A DNA stretch of 30,559 nt. It comes from a virus. Taxonomy: Duplodnaviria > Caudoviricetes. The number at the start of each line of letters is the position of its first letter. Position 1 is the stretch's first letter. The notes beneath the pieces are model-generated. The model searched no databases. It had not been told where the DNA came from and was given only the letters and a program-made list of their open reading frames with translations. This document shows positions 1 through 7,539 of the stretch, in pieces. Position numbers and translations under genes: made by a program. The stretch covers positions 1-30,559 of the IMG/VR virus record IMGVR_UViG_3300016472_000106. The stretch is one strand, 5' to 3'.

Positions 1-306
1 GAGTTTGCAGCACCCAAGGCCGCTGTAGAGCCTAAAACGGTCACAGTTGAGCCCGTTGTGGACGACCTACCGGCAGACTGGTTTGAGCCGAAGAAGCCAA
101 CGGAGGCCACCACAGAGCCTTCTAAGCGGATTCAGCCAACCTATTACGACGTGAGCAAATTACCAGAGGAGCAAAGGCCAAAGGCGAGAAACTACCTCAA
201 GGATTGCGAGGCGAAACACATATGCGACGACATCTGGAGAGCGCCGATCAAGCTGGAACGACTTACACAATGTATAACAGAGGACACAATCGATGCAAAA
301 AACTAA
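1..306 (+). CDS. 5'-truncated phage protein (C-terminal part), possibly the tail of a recombination/ssDNA-annealing protein
   Basis: Frame 1 is open from base 1 (EFAAPKAAVEPKTVTVEPVVDDLPADWFE...), so the ORF extends past the window edge. It has a Pro/Glu-rich linker. The function is inferred only from context near SSB-like genes. Confidence 0.55.
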   Translation, partial: EFAAPKAAVEPKTVTVEPVVDDLPADWFEPKKPTEATTEPSKRIQPTYYDVSKLPEEQRPKARNYLKDCEAKHICDDIWRAPIKLERLTQCITEDTIDAKN

Positions 307-484
307 AAAAAAGTCAGACGCATGTCGGCCTGGGTATTGCCGGTTCACCGCTATTATAGATCAGCGGGTAGCTAGCAACATTCGGGCAGAAGCTAGGCAA
401 AGAGGCGTATTCTTAGCCGATTTAGTTAACGGAATTTTAGATCAATGGCATAAAAAACATGGAACGACTGGTAAAAATTCTTGA
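293..484 (+). CDS. Small putative DNA-binding protein (ribbon-helix-helix-like)
   Basis: RFTAIIDQRVASNIRAEARQRGVFLADLVNGILDQW fits a strand-helix-G-helix RHH pattern; overlaps the previous ORF. Confidence 0.5.
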   Translation: MQKTKKKSDACRPGYCRFTAIIDQRVASNIRAEARQRGVFLADLVNGILDQWHKKHGTTGKNS

Positions 485-614
485 AGAAATAATTGAGAGC
501 TTTGGTAACTCGGAGAAGCTATCAGCGTTTGAGCTGGGGCAACTCGACGGGCTACGTTGGGCAATCGATGTGGTTTATGAGTTGAAAAAAAACCCGCCAG
601 CCGGTGAAAGCTGA
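459..614 (+). CDS. Hypothetical 51-aa protein (not in ORF track)
   Basis: Hand translation: MERLVKILEEIIESFGNSEKLSAFELGQLDGLRWAIDVVYELKKNPPAGES*. It fills the gap co-directionally. Confidence 0.55.
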   Translation: MERLVKILEEIIESFGNSEKLSAFELGQLDGLRWAIDVVYELKKNPPAGES

Positions 615-618
615 CGGG
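585..618 (-). terminator. Rho-independent terminator-like hairpin on the minus strand
   Basis: Minus strand reads CCCGUCAGC-UUUCACCG-GCUGGCGGG followed by U8; the stem has one G.U pair. Confidence 0.55.
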
Positions 619-675
619 CCTAACTAGGAGGCCCACGAACGGGGCTTCCTAGTACTTTATACTGGAGACGAATTT

Positions 676-984
676 ATGGCAACACGAATAGGAGCGTTTA
701 AAGCCAAAACAAGTCAGTTAGTTATCTGGCAAACACCCGACCAAATCACGTTTTCGTTTCAAAAATGTTACCGTGATAAACGTACTGGGCAGTGGCGGGA
801 AACAAAAACAATTTACAGCGACGAACTACAAAGCATCGCCGACATGTTCACACGGGCCGCAGAGTGGGCAAGAAAGCGAGATTGTGGGCAAACCTTACCC
901 AAAGGGTTTGTGCACGTAGACAACGTAGCTGAGGCAATTTTAGACAAAATAAAGGAGCGTTATGAAACCAATTCACACGATTAA
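676..984 (+). CDS. Putative ssDNA-binding protein (PC4/Whirly-like fold), paralog 1
   Basis: LVIW...FSFQKCYRDKRTGQWRETKTIYSDEL aligns with the next ORF. SD GGAG lies upstream. Confidence 0.55.
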   Translation: MATRIGAFKAKTSQLVIWQTPDQITFSFQKCYRDKRTGQWRETKTIYSDELQSIADMFTRAAEWARKRDCGQTLPKGFVHVDNVAEAILDKIKERYETNSHD

Positions 985-1255
985 GGACAAGGGGCTATCC
1001 GTAGCAATCTGGGAAACCAGAAACGGCGGTTATAGTTTCAGTATCTCAAAGCGTTACAAAGACAAACAAACTGACGAGTGGCGGGATAGCAAATACCTAT
1101 TCAAAGCCGATGTCGAAACACTCATTATACAACTACAAGCGGCGTTAGAGTTTGAGAAAGAAAAGACTGGGCAAAGTTCAAACCCCGTCTCGCAAAAAGC
1201 ATCTAACACCACCGAGGTATTCGATGCCATAGATGTGGACGACCTACCATTCTAG
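962..1255 (+). CDS. Putative ssDNA-binding protein with acidic SSB-type tail, paralog 2
   Basis: VAIW...SFSISKRYKDKQTDEWRDSKYLFKADV, ending in DVDDLPF like the SSB-Ct DDIPF motif. SD AAGGAG. Confidence 0.7.
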   Translation: MKPIHTIKDKGLSVAIWETRNGGYSFSISKRYKDKQTDEWRDSKYLFKADVETLIIQLQAALEFEKEKTGQSSNPVSQKASNTTEVFDAIDVDDLPF

Positions 1256-1262
1256 GAGCGCC

Positions 1263-1517
1263 GTGAAAATATACTCTCTGCATCAAATCACAGACGGCAA
1301 GTGGGACGTGTGTTTACACATTCGTGAGAAAAACGACTATGTGCACACGTTTGTTTCTCGGCCTGATATTCGTGACATTGTAAATCAAAACTACGAGTGT
1401 ACCGCTGAGGAATTGGCTAAAATACTCTTAACAACTGTACTGGATTGCGAATCTGTTTCGGTGAAATTACTTTGCGGTCCTGGTGTTTACATGGAGAAAG
1501 AAAATGCCACTAACTAA
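1263..1517 (+). CDS. Hypothetical protein
   Basis: GTG at 1263 follows AGGAG and is in frame with track ORF 1233..1517. Confidence 0.6.
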   Translation: MKIYSLHQITDGKWDVCLHIREKNDYVHTFVSRPDIRDIVNQNYECTAEELAKILLTTVLDCESVSVKLLCGPGVYMEKENATN

Positions 1518-1650
1518 AAAAGGTGTTCGTATTCGTGAAGCGATGCAGAAGTATTACGGCGAGGATAAAGGCCAAGACGTTTTCTATGCGTCAATAAACA
1601 AAGGCAAAATCAAAGGCGCTGAGAAAAAGAAAAAGGAAAAGAAAAAATGA
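1504..1650 (+). CDS. Small basic conserved phage protein, 48 aa (not in ORF track)
   Basis: MPLTKKGVRIREAMQKYYGEDKGQDVFYASINKGKIKGAEKKKKEKKK*. Resembles the recurrent phage 'MPLTKKG...YG...VFYAS.NKG' peptide (recalled, not searched). GGAG SD and ATGA overlap with the next gene. Confidence 0.75.
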   Translation: MPLTKKGVRIREAMQKYYGEDKGQDVFYASINKGKIKGAEKKKKEKKK

Positions 1651-1859
1651 AAACACCTGAAGAGATGGCGGAGGAGTATTGTGACAGTAAGCAGCTAAGT
1701 TACGTCGAGCGATTGGTGATTATTAAAGGCTTCCTTGCTGGCTACCAAGCCGCAAAGGACAACCAAGAATACCTTATGAACGAGATGAGTATATTAAGAA
1801 GTCGTTTAGATATTGCGGAAAAGCTGAGCCAGTTGGTCGATGAAGAAAAAGAGCAATAA
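1647..1859 (+). CDS. Hypothetical protein, MKTPEEMAE family
   Basis: ATGA-coupled start; N-terminus identical to the gene at 1994; contains GFLAGYQAA. Confidence 0.7.
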   Translation: MKTPEEMAEEYCDSKQLSYVERLVIIKGFLAGYQAAKDNQEYLMNEMSILRSRLDIAEKLSQLVDEEKEQ

Positions 1860-2007
1860 AAAACCTAAAACAAAAGAGGACGTGTACTTTTCTTATGTAC
1901 GCCGTGGAGATGATCGTTGCTATGCCCAATGGCGAGCCGACGAATGGGAAAAGCGACAAGCACAAAAAAAGATGGAAGGATTGGAGGTCAACAATGAAAA
2001 CACCTGA
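1840..2007 (+). CDS. Hypothetical basic 55-aa protein (not in ORF track)
   Basis: MKKKSNKKPKTKEDVYFSYVRRGDDRCYAQWRADEWEKRQAQKKMEGLEVNNENT*. It bridges the two MKTPEE genes with short overlaps. Confidence 0.5.
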   Translation: MKKKSNKKPKTKEDVYFSYVRRGDDRCYAQWRADEWEKRQAQKKMEGLEVNNENT

Positions 2008-2305
2008 AGAGATGGCGGAAAAGTATTTGGATCAAGACAAAGTAGCTTCCGCTGCAATAAATCGTGACGCAGAAGATTTAGTCAAAGATGCGTTTATCAA
2101 TGGCTACAAAGCGGCACAGCGGTGGATCAGCGTTAAAGACAGGCTGCCGGAGTATACACCAATGGTGTTGGCTATGTGTACTGATGGTTATGAGTTGGCT
2201 TACTATGGCATGTACGGACAGGGCTGGACTAATACGCTAGGCACTGAGCATCTGAATGTTACGCATTGGCATCCGCTACCAGCACCGCCGAAGGAAGAGA
2301 AATGA
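1994..2305 (+). CDS. DUF551-domain phage protein with MKTPEEMAE N-terminus
   Basis: WISVKDRLPE...VTHWHPLPAPP is the DUF551 signature. GGAGG SD precedes ATG 1994. Confidence 0.8.
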   Translation: MKTPEEMAEKYLDQDKVASAAINRDAEDLVKDAFINGYKAAQRWISVKDRLPEYTPMVLAMCTDGYELAYYGMYGQGWTNTLGTEHLNVTHWHPLPAPPKEEK

Positions 2306-2562
2306 TGTTTATAGATGATATTGATGAAGACCAACTTTCAATACAGGCTTGGGCTTTTGTTGATAAACACGGCTGGATTGGACAAATTGAAGCGCCGTAT
2401 GAAGTACGCGACGCGCTGTATAAAGGTTTCTATGCTGGATATAAGCAAGCGCGAAAAGATGAAAAAGAAATGTATGCGGCGGCTAAACAGTTAATTGAAG
2501 AAACGCATAGAAAGCAGCGATATAAAGATATGGCTGCAATTTACAAAAAGGAGGAGAAGTGA
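2302..2562 (+). CDS. Hypothetical protein
   Basis: ATGA overlap with the DUF551 gene stop; contains KGFYAGYKQA. Confidence 0.65.
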   Translation: MMFIDDIDEDQLSIQAWAFVDKHGWIGQIEAPYEVRDALYKGFYAGYKQARKDEKEMYAAAKQLIEETHRKQRYKDMAAIYKKEEK

Positions 2563-2780
2563 ACAAGAAAGCATTAGAGATTACAAAAAAACTAGAGCAA
2601 ATGATTTATGCGGCAGGACATTACTATACATTAAAGGTCGAGCCAGACGAAGATCAGCAATTTAATAGAATACTAGCATTTGCAACTGGTTACACTATTG
2701 CAATTCAAGACATAATTGAAGGTCGTGTAAATATAAATATACAACCGGTCGATTGGTTAGGAGAAAAACAAGAAAAATGA
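2559..2780 (+). CDS. Hypothetical protein
   Basis: GTGA overlap; AGGAGG-like SD. Confidence 0.65.
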   Translation: MNKKALEITKKLEQMIYAAGHYYTLKVEPDEDQQFNRILAFATGYTIAIQDIIEGRVNINIQPVDWLGEKQEK

Positions 2781-2992
2781 GCGAAGAATGGAATAAACGC
2801 AATCATTGCAACACAAATAATTTGTGGGTGTGGATACAAGAACAAGCAAGGAGAATAGAAAATCAATTAATTGATTCACAACATTATGATGCACAAGGTA
2901 TTAGCGCCATGTTGTTAGGTCGTCGAGAAATGCTTACTTGTTTATGCGATTGGCTTAAAGCAAATGAAATTAAAATAGAGCAAGAAAAATGA
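2777..2992 (+). CDS. Hypothetical protein
   Basis: ATGA overlap at 2777; AGGAG upstream. Confidence 0.6.
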   Translation: MSEEWNKRNHCNTNNLWVWIQEQARRIENQLIDSQHYDAQGISAMLLGRREMLTCLCDWLKANEIKIEQEK

Positions 2993-3621
2993 ACGCAGAC
3001 ATACCACCGCTTAAAATATGGCTGCACACACCTAAGCTCACAGACGATCCAACCTGGCCCATCACCAACCCTGAAACACAACCAACAGAAGAAGCATACG
3101 CCTTTGCAATCCAATCCTACAAAGGCCGAGCGCTCCAGTTCCATTGCTTGTTACAAAGCGGTGCCCACTTCCGTCATATACCGCTTCACTGGCTCAGGCA
3201 CACGCCAATCCCGTGCGATGTGACGTACGCCCTGCCCGACTTACAACTGTGGGACTGTTTCAGCTATAAGCCTGTTGTGACCGTATTTGATATGTTGCGT
3301 GACTATCAATGTGATGCCATCCTCAAAGACAAAACGAGGGTAAATGCAAAGTATTGGTTTAGCATTGATTGGTTGCCTGACACTGACATTCAGTCTGGTT
3401 TCCTGCTCCAGCCCGACCAAAACAAACTGGCGCACGTCGTATTGCTTGCTAACGGACAAATCGCAGCTTTGCCTACCAACAGAATTGCTTTCAAAGACGC
3501 CTTCTATATTGGAAATCAACCAAAACCCGAAACACGAGGGTATAGAACAATCGCTTCCGTTTGGTCGGCTGAGGATTGTAACCGATGGTCAGTAGCCGAT
3601 AAGGATGAGGTATTTTACTAA
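2989..3621 (+). CDS. Conserved phage hypothetical protein
   Basis: 210 aa with motifs GRALQFHCLLQSGA, QLWDCFSY, FSIDW and NGQIAALPTNRI that I recall from uncharacterised phage proteins; coupled start. Confidence 0.7.
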   Translation: MNADIPPLKIWLHTPKLTDDPTWPITNPETQPTEEAYAFAIQSYKGRALQFHCLLQSGAHFRHIPLHWLRHTPIPCDVTYALPDLQLWDCFSYKPVVTVFDMLRDYQCDAILKDKTRVNAKYWFSIDWLPDTDIQSGFLLQPDQNKLAHVVLLANGQIAALPTNRIAFKDAFYIGNQPKPETRGYRTIASVWSAEDCNRWSVADKDEVFY

Positions 3622-4022
3622 TGAAAGCATTTAATAAATTGAAGAAAAAAAACGTCCCATTTGAAACAATTTTGGGATTAACTTTCAATGCAATAGAAGT
3701 TCAAGACGATCAAATTGATTTTGCAACCAACACAGGAAGGCATTTTATTATGTATCATCAGCGTGATTGTTGCGAGGAAGTCTATGTAGAAAGCGTAGTT
3801 GGTGATGTTTCCGATTTACTTGATTCCCCAATTTTAATTGCTGAAATGAGCACTAATTGTGACAATCCAAAAGATAAAGATGATAAAAGTCATACATGGA
3901 CTTTTTACAAAATAGCTACAATCAAAGGTTATGTTGATTTGCGTTGGTATGGAAATAGCAACGGATATTACAGCGAAGAAGTTGATTTTTGTGAATATGT
4001 AATTGAAGAAGAAGAATGGTAA
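3621..4022 (+). CDS. Conserved phage hypothetical protein (HxxDCCE / SNGYY motif family)
   Basis: MYHQRDCCEEVY...TWTFYKIATIKGYVDLRWYGNSNGYYSE; TAATG coupling. Confidence 0.75.
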   Translation: MKAFNKLKKKNVPFETILGLTFNAIEVQDDQIDFATNTGRHFIMYHQRDCCEEVYVESVVGDVSDLLDSPILIAEMSTNCDNPKDKDDKSHTWTFYKIATIKGYVDLRWYGNSNGYYSEEVDFCEYVIEEEEW

Positions 4023-4324
4023 ACTCACGAGCAAAAGGTGCGCGAGCCGAACGAGAGTTAGCTAACAAGCTAAAAGAGTGCGGATACCAAGCTCATCGTA
4101 CACAACAATTTTGCGGCAAAGCTGGCAACTCCGACGTAGAGTGCCATGAGCTTGCTCATTACCACATCGAATGCAAAATGGTACAAGCACTAAACGTGGA
4201 TAAAGCAATGGACCAAGCAACAAGAGATTGTGGCGATAGAACTCCGGTAGTTATCCACAGGAAAAACAACCGGCCCTGGCTGGTGACAACTTATTTAGAA
4301 GATTGGTTAAAACTGCAAAAGTGA
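4016..4324 (+). CDS. Holliday junction resolvase-like PD-(D/E)XK nuclease
   Basis: NSRAKGARAERE...SDV...HIECK...PVVIHR..R.W matches Hjc-like phage resolvases. Confidence 0.85.
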   Translation: MVNSRAKGARAERELANKLKECGYQAHRTQQFCGKAGNSDVECHELAHYHIECKMVQALNVDKAMDQATRDCGDRTPVVIHRKNNRPWLVTTYLEDWLKLQK

Positions 4325-4800
4325 AAGAACTTATCCCCATGTTTGCCACAGAAGAGCACCAACCAGACATCCCTGAACGTACCCTATGGCTTGCAGTTAT
4401 GGAGCGAGCACTGAAAGACTATTGCTTCTTCTTTGAACGCTGGGAACGATACCTTCACATTCAAAGCTACAACAACAAGAAAAAGATTTGGAAAGAAAAC
4501 TCACCAGAGTTTAATAAGAAAACTATGATTGAATTTAACCGGCTCCACAGCTTTATATTCTCAACCGAAGCTAAACCCTACAATGTGACCTATATCACAC
4601 ACATGCTATACGATAACGACATAGCCGAGAAACTAAGAGAGGTGGCAACTGAGCAAATCAATCACCACCTCGCCGACCAAGAAAACAAAGGGAAGTTTCT
4701 TGATATTGTTACGGCTATTCGTGAAAAGCTAAATAGCTTTGAAAAGCCGACAACTAAAAACACTCACAAGTTTAAACGCTTTAGAGTGGAATCGCTTTAG
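4321..4800 (+). CDS. Hypothetical protein
   Basis: GTG overlapping the resolvase stop; PERTLWLAVMERALKD helix; converges tail-to-tail with the late operon. Confidence 0.65.
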   Translation: MKELIPMFATEEHQPDIPERTLWLAVMERALKDYCFFFERWERYLHIQSYNNKKKIWKENSPEFNKKTMIEFNRLHSFIFSTEAKPYNVTYITHMLYDNDIAEKLREVATEQINHHLADQENKGKFLDIVTAIREKLNSFEKPTTKNTHKFKRFRVESL

Positions 4801-4982
4801 CGTTTCTTCTTGTCAAACAACGACCAAGCCTGAGAAATACCGTAAAGCACAGCGCCACCAACTACAGGCTCAGCAGCTTTAACAAGGTTATCGGCATCAC
4901 CTTCAGCAACTCCAATAGCCAGCAAGCTACCAGCCGCAAGGGTTAGCAAATGTCGGACGATGGATGCGACAAAGAACGGCAT
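4797..4982 (-). CDS. Putative holin
   Basis: 61 aa with two hydrophobic segments, an SIVRHLLTLAAG motif and a basic C-tail (WSLFDKKKR); at the end of the late operon; GGAG SD. Confidence 0.7.
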   Translation of the reverse strand: MPFFVASIVRHLLTLAAGSLLAIGVAEGDADNLVKAAEPVVGGAVLYGISQAWSLFDKKKR

Positions 4983-5761
4983 GTTTTTCTCCCAATTCTA
5001 TACAGTTCACTTTTGTTGGTGCGACAATTCCGCTCTATTGGGTCTTGAAACCGTAGTGAAGGGTCCAAACAATTAAGTTTAGGCTCCCAATAAAACCGAA
5101 TGTCGCACTGTCGAGTCTGGCGGTAATACTGCTTCAAATCAACTTCTTTCCCATCCTCGCCGTCTAGGTCAGCTATACACGGGGCAGATAGTTTAGGATT
5201 GCTTCCGTGTTTTTCGCAGATGGTGTTGGGCAAGCATTTTTTACGCAAAGGATTGTCCACAATGTTACACCCAGGCAAATAACGAGGTAGAAAAGAATTA
5301 AGTACTCGTCTTGCAGCACCCGATAAATCACATTCCAAACACGCCGACACATAACACTGTAGATTCCCTTTTGACTGTTCAAGTCGCCGTTTAAATCGTT
5401 TCACTACAGCCAAGTACTTGCGAATAATCCTACTGTTGCGGCGAACTACTTTACGACTTGCAGACTCCACCGTCTCGCCAGCTAAAACCTCTTGCGGTCC
5501 ACATCGCCTATTCCGTAAACAAGGCGAGTTAATAAAGTGCACCCTAATGACTTTATCTTTAAGGCTTCGTAAAAGCTCGTCAGCGCATTTACAGGCCCGA
5601 CCAAAGGATTGCTCTAGCCAGCCTGTTATAATCGTATCCTGGCCCTTCCAGGTGGCTTTAACGGCCTTGCAATCCCATGTTGGGTTGCACAACCCAATGT
5701 AACTTACCCCTTGAGCTTGTGCCGTTGCCATAAATGCTAACAGCACAATCAAGATTCTCAT
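4943..5761 (-). CDS. Secreted Cys-rich protein in the lysis cassette
   Basis: Sec signal MRILIVLLAFMATAQA|Q; 18 Cys in 272 aa. Confidence 0.7.
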   Translation of the reverse strand: MRILIVLLAFMATAQAQGVSYIGLCNPTWDCKAVKATWKGQDTIITGWLEQSFGRACKCADELLRSLKDKVIRVHFINSPCLRNRRCGPQEVLAGETVESASRKVVRRNSRIIRKYLAVVKRFKRRLEQSKGNLQCYVSACLECDLSGAARRVLNSFLPRYLPGCNIVDNPLRKKCLPNTICEKHGSNPKLSAPCIADLDGEDGKEVDLKQYYRQTRQCDIRFYWEPKLNCLDPSLRFQDPIERNCRTNKSELYRIGRKTCRSLSHPSSDIC

Positions 5762-6003
5762 TTACGCTCCGTTAGCCTATCTATCTTAGACTCGATGCGT
5801 TGCAACCTATCTTTCATGGATTGCAATTCATTCCTTACAACGGACACTTCCATTGTTAAATGATATTTGGTTTCTTCCAATTCGTGTAAACTATTTTTAA
5901 CAGAGCGATAGTCCATGCCAACTATAGACACGACTACTCCAATTAACGCTTTAATGCCTAAATCAAACCAGTATTTTAATTGTGTAAAATCTTGATCGGT
6001 CAA
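5758..6003 (-). CDS. Single-TM plus coiled-coil membrane protein (holin/antiholin-like)
   Basis: LGIKALIGVVVSIVGM hydrophobic segment followed by heptads ending RIESKIDRL. Confidence 0.6.
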   Translation of the reverse strand: MTDQDFTQLKYWFDLGIKALIGVVVSIVGMDYRSVKNSLHELEETKYHLTMEVSVVRNELQSMKDRLQRIESKIDRLTERK

Positions 6004-6416
6004 TGTACACGGCCCCCACCATAAGCATCAATTACTATTAACTGAGCTTCAGGAGCGTTCCCCATTCGATCCATAAACTGCAAAAAAGCGGAGCGACTGG
6101 CTAGGACGGCTGACTCATAACCAAGTTTGCCATATTGCATACCTAATAGGATACACCCATTTGTATTCTTGTGGGTGTTGCCAGCGTGAAACAAAATATG
6201 GTCCCGCTCAGGTACATCCATAACCTGATAGGTAGTTCCAAACTTTGGGCTACGATGTAACTTAACTTTGTACTTACCTTGCGGAATACACGACACCATT
6301 CGCTCGTTATTGCGCCAAGCATCCTCTAGCGTTACAAAACACGGCTCATCATCAATGCACAATACGCCTAGTGTTGCGCCGTTAAACTCCGACACTCGCA
6401 CTAGACGTAATTGCAT
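6000..6416 (-). CDS. DUF5675-family protein, putative endolysin (L,D-transpeptidase-like His/Cys motif)
   Basis: TLEDAW...SCIPQGKYKV...ILFHAGN...TNGCILLG; lies between the tail fibre and the holins. Confidence 0.75.
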   Translation of the reverse strand: MQLRLVRVSEFNGATLGVLCIDDEPCFVTLEDAWRNNERMVSCIPQGKYKVKLHRSPKFGTTYQVMDVPERDHILFHAGNTHKNTNGCILLGMQYGKLGYESAVLASRSAFLQFMDRMGNAPEAQLIVIDAYGGGRVH

Positions 6417-7528
6417 TATGCCTCTAAAGCCGCTACACGAGCTTCTAGTTCAATTATTCGATTTACCAACTCTTGAAATCCTTTGACTAAACGAGCTTCG
6501 TTTTTGCCCATCCCTGTTAAAGTGTAATATCCGTTTGAATCTTGACCAACCAAATCTGGGTAAACATTTATTACCTCTTGAGCAATAAAACCTATTTGGT
6601 GACCAGAGCCATCTTTGTAATCAAACTCGACAGGTCGCAAAGCCATTAATGCTGCTGATTGTGACGGCAAATCAGTAATGTTGTCTTTTAACCGCTCATC
6701 GGAAAACGTGCCAAATGCAGCTTGTGATGCGCCATTAGCGTTAATTTGCCCTGAACCAGTTGCTACATTGTTAATGTAAAATCGTGCAAAAAGTTGCGAA
6801 ACGGTACTGTTGTTATCAAATTTACTTATTACGAAAGCGGCATTTGCTACATCACCAGCAACTTCACTCCGACACGAAATTGTTGCTTTTGTTGTGCTAA
6901 CACCTTGGACATCTAAACGGGCATCCGGCGTTCCTTCGTTTATTCCAATAAAACCATTTGCACCGATTCTTAATCTTTCCAATTGAGTTGCCGAAGCATC
7001 CGGCGTAGTACGGAAAACTAAATTACCTGGCATGTCGTTAGTTGCGCCAGGAGTACCATCTACAAAACTTACAATGTCAGCGCCAGCATCATAACTTGTG
7101 CCGTTGGCCCCATAAAATTGAACGGCACCTAGCACATCGCCGTTTTGAACTATTGTATTTGTTCCAACAGTCGCACCACGAGATTTGCGTATGCCTACAA
7201 CTCCACCATTTACATCATTTGAAAAACGAGTAACCGTCCAGAATGGACTTGTGCTTTGTATGTCAACGCCAGCTTGAACTTGACCCAAAGTTACCGCATC
7301 AGTTGAAACGGCGGCATTATCAACATTAGTGATTTTATTCCCACCAAGGTTAAGGTCGTTGGTCATTGAATTCTGACCATTCTTGTTCAAACAAGCATCA
7401 ATACCATTTTGAAAGTCTACATCTTGGTCGTCATGCCGCCCAGCCTCAATACCAATGTTAGCAGCCGCATCCGCCGTCCAACCACCTGCACCATTCCACT
7501 TAGTATAATTTCCACCTGACCACGGCAT
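6416..7528 (-). CDS. Tail fibre/spike with C-terminal intramolecular chaperone (peptidase S74)
   Basis: SDERLKDNI...LRPVEFDY...GFIAQEV and a terminal coiled coil; N-terminal podovirus-type anchor; GFIGINEGTPDARLDV fibre motif. Confidence 0.88.
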   Translation of the reverse strand: MPWSGGNYTKWNGAGGWTADAAANIGIEAGRHDDQDVDFQNGIDACLNKNGQNSMTNDLNLGGNKITNVDNAAVSTDAVTLGQVQAGVDIQSTSPFWTVTRFSNDVNGGVVGIRKSRGATVGTNTIVQNGDVLGAVQFYGANGTSYDAGADIVSFVDGTPGATNDMPGNLVFRTTPDASATQLERLRIGANGFIGINEGTPDARLDVQGVSTTKATISCRSEVAGDVANAAFVISKFDNNSTVSQLFARFYINNVATGSGQINANGASQAAFGTFSDERLKDNITDLPSQSAALMALRPVEFDYKDGSGHQIGFIAQEVINVYPDLVGQDSNGYYTLTGMGKNEARLVKGFQELVNRIIELEARVAALEA

Positions 7529-7539
7529 AGCGTTCTCCC

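Larger units (their letters stand above)
1646..2019 (+). repeat. 27-bp direct repeat AATGAAAACACCTGAAGAGATGGCGGA at 1646-1672 and 1993-2019
   Basis: Identical sequence at both gene starts; AGTATT resumes after a 2-nt mismatch. Confidence 0.9.

Noticed and set aside
1895-1993. Longer start for the DUF551 gene
   Set aside because: The strong GGAGG and the repeated MKTPEE start point to 1994; another frame (1840-2007) explains the interval.
1646-2019. 27-bp repeats as a CRISPR array or att sites
   Set aside because: Only two copies, 347 bp apart, both coding gene starts; no cas or integrase in the window.
6416-7528. Diversity-generating retroelement target in the tail fibre
   Set aside because: No reverse transcriptase or template/variable repeat pair was seen; the C-terminus is an S74 chaperone.
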